NCBI GenBank assembly: GCA_016183175.1
Contig: JACPFC010000026.1
Location: forward strand, 41,907 to 105,906
DNA from: Deltaproteobacteria bacterium
GTDB lineage: Bacteria; UBA10199; SBBF01
Direction: 5' to 3'
DNA length: 64,000 bases
Numbering within the stretch: the first letter of the stretch is position 1; the number at the start of each line of letters is the position of its first letter. Shown here piece by piece: positions 57,149 to 64,000 of this stretch. Position numbers and translations under genes: made by a program. The notes beneath the pieces are model-generated. The model was not told the origin of the DNA. It worked only from the letters and a program-made list of their open reading frames with translations, and ran no database searches.

Positions 57149-57678
57149 CACTCCACATCAAATTCACCTCCAAACCGTTCGACAAAATCGAAACGCGGTG
57201 CGCCGCGATGACGGTCTATTCCGATTTCCGTCCGCTAAAGGGGGTTTCGTCGCTGGTCGACTGGCGGCTGAACGGCCGGCTCTCGCAGGTTTTAAAGACC
57301 AACCGGTTTCAGGGAAATTTCGGCGAGTGCCTCCTCATGCCGGCCGAAAGGCGCATACGGGCGCAGACCATTCTGGTGATGGGGCTGGGGCCGCGCGGGG
57401 TTTTCAACGAGTCGCATGTCGGGGCGACCACGCAACTGCTTCTGGAAAAAATGGCGCAGAAAAAGATCGGCGACTTCCTGGTCTCCTATTCCGATTTCAT
57501 CGCCGACCGGTTCGAGTGGCGGAACGGCGTGAGACTGCTCGTCTCGAAACTGCACGATTTTTCAGAAATCGGGGCGGTCACCCTGTGCGAACCGGACGAC
57601 TGCGTCCGCGACGCCAAGAGGCGGCATATGGATTTTGGGGGGAATGTGGATGTCGCCTTTGAGATGATGGGTTCATGA
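57145..57678 (+). CDS. Hypothetical protein, co-transcribed with nusB
   Basis: 177 aa; ATGA overlap with the nusB stop. No family recognised. Confidence 0.45.
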   Translation: MTLHIKFTSKPFDKIETRCAAMTVYSDFRPLKGVSSLVDWRLNGRLSQVLKTNRFQGNFGECLLMPAERRIRAQTILVMGLGPRGVFNESHVGATTQLLLEKMAQKKIGDFLVSYSDFIADRFEWRNGVRLLVSKLHDFSEIGAVTLCEPDDCVRDAKRRHMDFGGNVDVAFEMMGS

Positions 57679-58296
57679 GTGTCTACCAAACTGCGAGTTC
57701 TTGGCAATGACGAAGCGGCTTCTGACGAGGCATTGATGGCCTCCTACCAGAAAGGGGACCTGCATGCCTTTGAGGTTTTGCTCACCCGCCATCAAAAGGG
57801 AATTTATAATTTTCTTTACCGGTTTTTGGGGCACAATCAGAACACGGAGGAGGCCTTTCAGGAGGTTTTTGAGAGGGTGATCCGCGGGGCCTCCTCCTAT
57901 GCCCCCACGGCGCGGTTTTCCACCTGGCTTTATACCATCGCGAGAAACTACTGCATCGATCTGTCCCGAAAGGGGCGTTTCAGAAAAACCGTTTCGCTGG
58001 ACGACGCGCCCTCTGAAGAGAAGGCTCTCCCCTTGAGTGAACGGGTCGTCTCCGCAGAGCCGAATCCCGACGAAATAGTCTCTGCCTCCAATCTGGAACA
58101 AAAACTGGAAGAGGCCCTGGCCCGGATCAACCCCGATCAGCGGGAGGTGTTCCTCCTGCGCGAAAGGCAGGGGCTTCCTTTCGAGGAGATCGCTCAAATC
58201 GTGGAGGTTTCGGTCAATACGGTAAAAAGCCGGATGCGGTATGCCCTTTCGGCCCTTCAAAATGAGTTTAAAAAATTGGGGATAACAGATCATTAA
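57679..58296 (+). CDS. ECF-type RNA polymerase sigma factor (sigma-70 family, group 4)
   Basis: GTG start. Region 2 FEVLLTRHQKGIYNFLYRF...FSTWLYTIARN and region 4 LPFEEIAQIVEVSVNTVKSRM. Confidence 0.85.
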   Translation: MSTKLRVLGNDEAASDEALMASYQKGDLHAFEVLLTRHQKGIYNFLYRFLGHNQNTEEAFQEVFERVIRGASSYAPTARFSTWLYTIARNYCIDLSRKGRFRKTVSLDDAPSEEKALPLSERVVSAEPNPDEIVSASNLEQKLEEALARINPDQREVFLLRERQGLPFEEIAQIVEVSVNTVKSRMRYALSALQNEFKKLGITDH

Positions 58297-58320
58297 GGAA
58301 ATTCATGCGTTGAATAAGGG

Positions 58321-59253
58321 GTGACAATGGACTGCCCGAAGATTCAAGACAATCTGCTCGATATCATCTACGAAGAGGCCTCTTCCGCTGTCCGCGAAAA
58401 GGTAGAGGCCCATTTGACCTCATGCCGGGCCTGCCGAGAGGAGATAAATCAACTCATTGAAATAAGGTCAGTTTTCAGCAAACTCCCCGATTGTGAGCCG
58501 GCTTCTCGTCTTGTGAGCAATGTCATGGCTTTGGCCCGGTATACCCCCGGCACCGGCCCTGCCGGCAAGGCCCGTTACCCGTTACTTGTTACTCGTCACT
58601 CGTCACTCGTTGGGCGGTTTTTGGATGCTTTTTTTGTTCTCCGTCCGGTCCCCTTGATGGTTGCGGCGTCGATGATTTTGGCGGTAACCCTCCTTTTTAA
58701 TTCAAGGGCCCCTTTGCAGTCTCCTTCCTATTCCTCCCTTCCCGATCATGATTTGTTTGTCGTCAACGAGGCGGCCCTTCGGGAGCGGGTGCTGGAAAAT
58801 CCTTTTGAAATCGAAAACCCCGCCTTCGATCTGAAATATAGGGATCCTTCGGGCAGGATGCAGGCGGTTTCTCCCGGCTTCAACATGGAAATTCTTGACG
58901 ATGGGGCTTCTCTTGCAGGCATCGAGAAGATTCTGATGGAGAGGCGAAAGATGCTTGTGGAGGCCGACGCCGACAGCCTGATGATGCGCGGAAGGCGCCT
59001 GAAGGCGATGGGGAGGGTCGATATGGCCCTCAAGGATTTTGAGACGATCTACCGTTTTTATCCCGACTACACCTACATCGGCGATGTCCTTATCTATCGC
59101 GCGCAGTGCCATGCCGTTTTGGGGGAGTACGACAGGGCCCTCGAAGGCCTCGATGTCTATTCCGCCAAATTCCCGGAGAAGGCCTCTTTTGTCCGGTCGA
59201 TAATCGAACAGGTCGAAGGCCGGAAGACAAAAGAAAAACCTCCTTTACAATAA
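58321..59253 (+). CDS. Anti-sigma factor (zf-HC2 zinc-finger type) with TM helix
   Basis: N-terminal [11 protein letters not shown] zinc motif; TM segment [16 protein letters not shown]. Directly downstream of the ECF sigma gene. Confidence 0.7.
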   Translation: MTMDCPKIQDNLLDIIYEEASSAVREKVEAHLTSCRACREEINQLIEIRSVFSKLPDCEPASRLVSNVMALARYTPGTGPAGKARYPLLVTRHSSLVGRFLDAFFVLRPVPLMVAASMILAVTLLFNSRAPLQSPSYSSLPDHDLFVVNEAALRERVLENPFEIENPAFDLKYRDPSGRMQAVSPGFNMEILDDGASLAGIEKILMERRKMLVEADADSLMMRGRRLKAMGRVDMALKDFETIYRFYPDYTYIGDVLIYRAQCHAVLGEYDRALEGLDVYSAKFPEKASFVRSIIEQVEGRKTKEKPPLQ

Positions 59254-59281
59254 AGAAAACGGTGTGTTAAAAGCGTCGGCC

Positions 59282-59551
59282 ATGCCTTTATACGGACCCC
59301 GAAAACAGGAAGTGATCGCGCATTACCGGCGGGACGAAAAAGACACCGGTTCGCCCGAAATTCAAATCGCCCTGCTCACCCGGAAAATCGGCGATCTGAC
59401 AAAACACTTCGAGGCGCACAAGAAAGACCACGCTAGCCGTCGGGGCCTCCTTAAAATGGTGGGGCAGAGGCGGAGGCTTTTGCGGTATTTGCAGAAAAGC
59501 CGGAAGGATCGTTATTCAAAACTGATTGAGGAGCTTGGAATCCGGAAGTAG
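59282..59551 (+). CDS. rpsO: 30S ribosomal protein S15
   Basis: ...[13 protein letters not shown]...[25 protein letters not shown]... The 89-aa version starts at ATG 59282. Confidence 0.9.
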   Translation: MPLYGPRKQEVIAHYRRDEKDTGSPEIQIALLTRKIGDLTKHFEAHKKDHASRRGLLKMVGQRRRLLRYLQKSRKDRYSKLIEELGIRK

Positions 59552-59584
59552 CGAAGATTCAGGGCATGATTGAAACGGGCGTGA

Positions 59585-59670
59585 ACTGATAATTTAGTCG
59601 GTCCCGTAGGGGCGTACAGCCGTACGCCCGTACTGAACAGCCTAGATTATCAGTCCGAAAAAGCGCCCGG
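59585..59670 (+). promoter_or_regulatory. rpsO terminator / pnp leader stem-loops
   Basis: Inverted repeats ctgataatttag...ctagattatcag enclosing ggggcgtacagccgtacgccc. This is the typical RNase III-processed rpsO-pnp intergenic hairpin. Confidence 0.55.
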
Positions 59671-59719
59671 CTTTTCTCCCTTGAGTTTTCCTCTTTCAAT
59701 TTTCAGGCCTGATCCATTT

Positions 59720-61804
59720 ATGTCAACACGTGTATCCACGCAACTGGGCGGGCGGGAGATTTCAATTGAAACAGGAAAACTGGCGCGGCAGGCGGGGGGT
59801 TCCGTCACGGTGCAGGCCGGCGACACGATTGTCCTTGTCACCGCGACCGGATCGGCCGAACCGAAGAAGGTCGATTTTCTCCCTCTGACGGTCGATTTCA
59901 TCGAAAAAACCTTTGCCGCGGGCAAAATTCCCGGCGGATTTTTCAAGAGGGAGGGGAGACCGTCGGAATTCGCCACACTGATTTCCCGTTTTATCGACCG
60001 GCCGATCCGCCCCCTTTTTCCCGAAGGGTATCGTTACGAAACGCAGGTGATCGCCACGGTCCTCTCGGTGGACCCGGTCAACGACCCCGATACGCTGGCG
60101 ATCATCGGCGCCTCGACGGCCCTCTGCATTTCGGATGTCCCCTTTGTAACGCCGGTGGCGGGATGCCGCGTCGGCAGGGTTGATGGAAAATTTGTCATCA
60201 ATCCGGCCGCCCCCGACATGGAAAAAAGCGACATCGATCTCATCATCGCCGCCACCGAGTCCGCCGTGGTGATGGTGGAAGGGGGAGGGGACGAGGTGCC
60301 TGAAAAAGACCTGGTCGACGCCATCCAGTTTGCGCATGAGTCCCTGCAGGCGGTGATCCGGATTCAAAAAGAGTTGATGTCAAAGGTGGGAAAACCGAAG
60401 CGGGAGGTTGCAGAGCCGGTCAAAGACGAAACGATCTTGAAAGCCCTTAAAGGGGTGGAAAAAAAGGTGCGCGAGGCGATCACCATCAAGGCAAAACAGA
60501 AACGCTACGACGCCTTGGCCGGCATCAAGGATGAACTGGAGGCCTCGTTGATCAAGGAGGACGATCCGGATGGGGAGACGAAGAAAACTCTGTTGGACAA
60601 TGAATACGAGGAACTCAAAAGCCGGATCATGCGCGGGATGATTTTGTCGGAATCCAAACGGATCGACGGAAGAGGCTTGAAAGAGATTCGCCCCATCACG
60701 GCGGAGGTGGCGGTTCTGCCGCGGACGCATGGTTCCGGCCTCTTCACCCGCGGCGAGACGCAGGCAATGGTCGTGGCCACGCTGGGAAGCTCCGAGGACG
60801 AGCAGATCATCGATTCGATCATGGGCGATGCCAGCAAGACCTTCATGCTTCACTACAATTTCCCCCCCTTTTCGGTGGGGGAGGTGAAGCCGCTCCGTTC
60901 GCCGGGGCGCCGCGAGATCGGCCACGGGGCGCTGGCCGAACGTTCGATTGTCCGCATGCTCCCCCCGCACGAAAAATTTCCCTACACCATCCGGGTTGTC
61001 TCCGAAATTCTCGAATCGAACGGTTCTTCTTCCATGGCCACCGTCTGTGGGGCCTCGCTTTCGCTGATGGACGCGGGCGTTCCGATCAAGGCCCCGGTGG
61101 CGGGGATTGCGATGGGGCTGATCAAAGAAGACGACCGCGTGGCGGTCCTCTCCGATATTCTGGGGGACGAAGATCACCTGGGGGACATGGATTTCAAGGT
61201 GGCGGGGACCGAAAAAGGGGTGACCGCTTTTCAGATGGACATCAAAATTTCCGGACTGACGGTGGAGCTGATGACAAAGGCGCTTGCGCAGGCGCGCGAG
61301 GGGCGTCTGCATATTTTGGGAAAAATGAGCGAGGCGATTGCCGAGCCGCGCACCTCGCTGTCCAAGCATGCGCCGAAAATCGTCTCGATGGTTGTCGCCA
61401 AGGACAGGATCAGGGATGTCATCGGTAGCGGCGGAAAAAATATCCGCGGCATCATCGAGGCCACGGGATGCAAAATCGACATCGAAGACGACGGGACGGT
61501 GAAAATCTTCTCCTCGGATGACGCGGCGATCCAGCAGGCGATGAAGATGGTGAAGGAGTTGACGGCCGAGGCGGAGATTGGGCAGATCTACGAGGGGACG
61601 GTGAGAAAGATCATGGACTTCGGGGCCTTCGTGGAAATTCTCCCCAAGACCGACGGCCTTGTCCACATCTCGGAGCTTTCGCAGGAGCGGGTCCGCCGTG
61701 TGGAAGACGTGGTCCGCGAGGGGGACCGCGTGACGGTGAAATGCATCGGGATCGATGACCGCGGCAAGATCCGGCTTTCGATGAAACAGGCGCCGAAGGA
61801 ATAA
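59720..61804 (+). CDS. pnp: Polyribonucleotide nucleotidyltransferase (PNPase)
   Basis: Two RNase PH domains, KH ([12 protein letters not shown]) and S1 ([20 protein letters not shown]). ATG at 59720. Confidence 0.95.
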   Translation: MSTRVSTQLGGREISIETGKLARQAGGSVTVQAGDTIVLVTATGSAEPKKVDFLPLTVDFIEKTFAAGKIPGGFFKREGRPSEFATLISRFIDRPIRPLFPEGYRYETQVIATVLSVDPVNDPDTLAIIGASTALCISDVPFVTPVAGCRVGRVDGKFVINPAAPDMEKSDIDLIIAATESAVVMVEGGGDEVPEKDLVDAIQFAHESLQAVIRIQKELMSKVGKPKREVAEPVKDETILKALKGVEKKVREAITIKAKQKRYDALAGIKDELEASLIKEDDPDGETKKTLLDNEYEELKSRIMRGMILSESKRIDGRGLKEIRPITAEVAVLPRTHGSGLFTRGETQAMVVATLGSSEDEQIIDSIMGDASKTFMLHYNFPPFSVGEVKPLRSPGRREIGHGALAERSIVRMLPPHEKFPYTIRVVSEILESNGSSSMATVCGASLSLMDAGVPIKAPVAGIAMGLIKEDDRVAVLSDILGDEDHLGDMDFKVAGTEKGVTAFQMDIKISGLTVELMTKALAQAREGRLHILGKMSEAIAEPRTSLSKHAPKIVSMVVAKDRIRDVIGSGGKNIRGIIEATGCKIDIEDDGTVKIFSSDDAAIQQAMKMVKELTAEAEIGQIYEGTVRKIMDFGAFVEILPKTDGLVHISELSQERVRRVEDVVREGDRVTVKCIGIDDRGKIRLSMKQAPKE

Positions 61805-61810
61805 CCATTT

Positions 61811-61936
61811 CTCAAACAAAAAGGGTCCCTTTGTCTTCGCAATTTTCGTAAGCCGCTTAAGAGTCGGCCTGTCTCGCCGGAGATGTAGCTGGCGGGAACG
61901 AAAATTGCTTCGTCAAAGGGACCCTTTTTGTTTGAG
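61811..61936. terminator. Very long imperfect palindrome (~39-bp arms, ~48-nt loop) acting as probable bidirectional terminator
   Basis: ctcaaacaaaaagggtccctttgtcttcgcaattttcgt ... acgaaaattgcttcgtcaaagggaccctttttgtttgag, between convergent pnp and 61938..63401. Confidence 0.6.
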
Positions 61937-61937
61937 G

Positions 61938-63401
61938 TTATTTCTTTTTTCCGCCGCCGGGCGGAGTTGCCGGCGGACCGCCGCCGCCGCTGTTTCCGGG
62001 CGAGGTATCCGTCGTAGAAGTATCCGTTGTAGAGGTGTCGGTACTGCTGTTGGTCGTCGTCGTTGTATTGTCCACCACCGCCCCGTTGCCGCTGTCGACA
62101 TACACCGAATGAGTCACGGTGGTGGAATGGTCGGTTGTGTGGCCGCCGCCGTTGCCGTTGTTCTCCACGGTGGATGTCGTCTCGGTGGTCGTACTGCCGG
62201 TCTTATCCAGGATGATTCCCCCTTCGTCCTTGTACTCGATTGTCATGCTCCCTTCAATCGACGTTGAATGTTCAACTTCGGCGGTAGCTCCGTCTGTCGT
62301 CTCCCCCTTGGGTTTGCCTTTCTTGTTTCCCTTCTCGGCGATGGCCGATGACTCGTCCGCCGTGAATTCTCCCTCAAATTCGCTGTCCTCCACGGCGCCC
62401 GATTTGATGTTTTTCATCGAGGTGTTCCCCTTCACATGCGAGGAGGTCATTGTGAGGTCTTCGATGGTATCCAGGGCGAGGTTGGCATCCACGGTGAGTT
62501 CTTCAAGAACCACCTTCGCGCAGTCGGCAATGGAGAGGTCCGATATCGTTGTCGGGTCGATAAAAACATAGGCGGAGCCGCTGATGGTCACACGGCCGTT
62601 GATGGTGGAGTCGATGATCGTGATTTCATCCAGATCGGAAAGGTCCACGTCCCGATTGAGCGTTTTTCCTTCCATGGTGAAGGAGCGGACCAGCGTGCCT
62701 GTTTCGTCATAGTATTCGGAAAAGAAGTCTACAAAACCGTCGCCATCTTCATCGGTTTCATTCACGTCGAGGATGCCGTCGTTGTCGTCGTCCAAATCTT
62801 CCAGATCGTTGTATCCGTCGTTGTCGTCATCCGTAAGTTCGAGCGGGTTCACTTCGGGAACCGCCCACTGGTCGCGTTGAGCCACCACCCCCAGATCCAT
62901 CTCTTCCGTGGCGTTGTCGAGAAGGAGGGTATCGGTCGTCCGCGAGTTCTTTGTATCCAAGCCGAACACCATCGTTGCCAGATATTCCCCTCCCGCGAAA
63001 AGCTCCACGCGCGAGGCGGTCTCTTTTCTCGCCTTCACGGCGAACGAGCCGTCGTCGTTGGTGACCGTTGAGAAGGAATCCCCCATCGAATTGGTCAGGA
63101 CGACAAGAACATCGCCGTCCCCATCGGCCGACTCATCTCCATCGGCGCTTAAATTTACGTGAAGGGCGGGGATTGAACTGCCGCCGGATGAAGCAGGGAG
63201 CTGGAGCGAAGAGAATGCGGAAGAATCGTCGGAATTCAGATCGACCTCGCCGGTGATCAAACCGAATCCCGGTGTCGGTCTTGTGGCCGGGTTTGTGCTC
63301 AACGGTCCCACCGTCTGGTCGGTCCCGCAATGATTCAAGAGGACCCCCAAACCGATAAGGGCAACTGTCGACAACAACCCTCTTTTCGCCCCAAGAAGCA
63401 T
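61938..63401 (-). CDS. Secreted acidic protein with thrombospondin-type-3/Ca-binding-like Asp-rich repeats and Thr/Ser-rich C-terminal tail
   Basis: Signal peptide MLLGAKRGLLSTVALIGLGVLLNHC; DDDNDGYNDLEDLDDDNDGILDVNETDEDGDGFVD; C-terminal STTDTSTTDTSTTDTS and GGGGPPATPPGGGKKK. Confidence 0.6.
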   Translation of the reverse strand: MLLGAKRGLLSTVALIGLGVLLNHCGTDQTVGPLSTNPATRPTPGFGLITGEVDLNSDDSSAFSSLQLPASSGGSSIPALHVNLSADGDESADGDGDVLVVLTNSMGDSFSTVTNDDGSFAVKARKETASRVELFAGGEYLATMVFGLDTKNSRTTDTLLLDNATEEMDLGVVAQRDQWAVPEVNPLELTDDDNDGYNDLEDLDDDNDGILDVNETDEDGDGFVDFFSEYYDETGTLVRSFTMEGKTLNRDVDLSDLDEITIIDSTINGRVTISGSAYVFIDPTTISDLSIADCAKVVLEELTVDANLALDTIEDLTMTSSHVKGNTSMKNIKSGAVEDSEFEGEFTADESSAIAEKGNKKGKPKGETTDGATAEVEHSTSIEGSMTIEYKDEGGIILDKTGSTTTETTSTVENNGNGGGHTTDHSTTVTHSVYVDSGNGAVVDNTTTTTNSSTDTSTTDTSTTDTSPGNSGGGGPPATPPGGGKKK

Positions 63402-63465
63402 GAACCCCCCTTCCCCCTAAAGGCGGACTACAGGCATTATTACTATACTTCTAATATAGTTATTA

Positions 63466-63481
63466 TGCAAGATTCGTTCCA
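63466..63481 (-). promoter_or_regulatory. Candidate sigma-54 promoter (TGGAAC-N5-TTGCA) for the secreted acidic protein gene
   Basis: Minus-strand reading TGGAACgaatcTTGCA, ~65 nt upstream of start codon 63401. Confidence 0.5.
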
Positions 63482-63562
63482 CTTTTTGTAATAATAATCC
63501 GTTTAAATTTCAGCTTGTTATGGATAGTAACCCATCCAGTAGTTATTTAATAGAGGTAAAAA

Positions 63563-63589
63563 TTACCCATAAAATATAAAAATGGGTAA
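63563..63589. promoter_or_regulatory. Perfect palindrome TTACCCAT-N11-ATGGGTAA (candidate enhancer/UAS for sigma-54 activator)
   Basis: ~100 bp upstream of the putative -24/-12 element, in the AT-rich intergenic region. Confidence 0.4.
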
Positions 63590-63638
63590 CATTGGTTGAT
63601 AGGATTTTGACAAAGGCTTAACAGAATTTTGACAAGCG

Positions 63639-64000
63639 CTATTTTTCTATCTGGTAGCGTTTGATGAGGCGGGAGACCTGCGGGCGGGGCATCTGGAGAT
63701 GTTCCGCCGCCTTTCCCACGCGCCCTTCGTGAAGCTTCAGCACCCGCAGAATCTGCTTTTTTTCAAAGGCCTGCTTGGCCTCGGGGAGGGTTATTTTTCG
63801 TTCGTCGATGGCCTTCGCCAGGTCATCGGGGGTCGTGTCCGCCGGGAACTGTGATGGAGGCAGAACCGCGGGGGATCCGCTCCCGTCAAAAAGGTCCTTT
63901 CTCGCTTCCACCTCTTTTAGGGTGATCCGTTCCGCCTCGGAAAAGACACAGAGGTTATAGAGGGTGTTTTCCAGCTGGCGGACATTTCCCGGCCAGGTCT
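63639..64000 (-). CDS. Sigma-54-dependent Fis-family transcriptional activator, partial (N-terminus beyond window end)
   Basis: In-frame continuation to the window edge encodes ...TWPGNVRQLENTLYNLCVF... (the AAA+ sigma-54 activator signature) followed by a Fis-type HTH, AAEHLQMPRPQVSRLIKRY. Confidence 0.8.
   Translation of the reverse strand, partial: TWPGNVRQLENTLYNLCVFSEAERITLKEVEARKDLFDGSGSPAVLPPSQFPADTTPDDLAKAIDERKITLPEAKQAFEKKQILRVLKLHEGRVGKAAEHLQMPRPQVSRLIKRYQIEK

Overview
High-GC bacterial chromosomal window (no rRNA, tRNA or CRISPR seen) with three distinct parts. (1) 1..23.5 kb, minus strand: a large nonulosonic-acid (pseudaminic/legionaminic-acid type) glycan cluster. It carries PseB, a PseC-type aminotransferase fused to an RmlD-like reductase, PseG, a PseH-like GNAT, three NeuB-family synthases (one fused to a cytidylyltransferase), a second cytidylyltransferase, formyl- and methyltransferases, a class-III aminotransferase, an AsnB/PseA-like amidotransferase and a GT4 glycosyltransferase. 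It also carries an unusual sulfation module (two sulfotransferases plus APS kinase) and a PEP-synthase-like phosphotransfer enzyme. A winged-helix regulator and divergent Wzz/Wza export genes follow, then a giant MopE-repeat/FG-GAP lipoprotein, a VapC/Phd toxin-antitoxin (TA) pair, a NusG/RfaH-like paralogue and ugd. (2) 33..42.6 kb: housekeeping genes (aldolase, two Zn-ADHs, ChaN-like, yceD-rpmF-acpP-rpiB, glyA, nrdR-ribD). (3) 42.6..54.2 kb: an ~11.6 kb accessory island inserted inside the conserved riboflavin operon, between ribD and ribE. It encodes a 947-aa unknown protein translationally coupled to a 263-aa membrane-anchored protein and a 1516-aa giant protein with an embedded PlsC-like acyltransferase motif set. 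These are interleaved with four TA modules and bounded by a repeated ~50-bp element. This island is the most likely undescribed system. Downstream come ribE-ribBA-ribH-nusB (ribH bracketed by peculiar heptamer-repeat hairpins), an ECF sigma/anti-sigma pair and rpsO-pnp. Last is a secreted acidic Ca-binding-like protein with a candidate sigma-54 promoter and enhancer palindrome, beside a partial sigma-54 activator gene. All functional calls come from motif and family recognition in the translated ORFs; no database searches were run.
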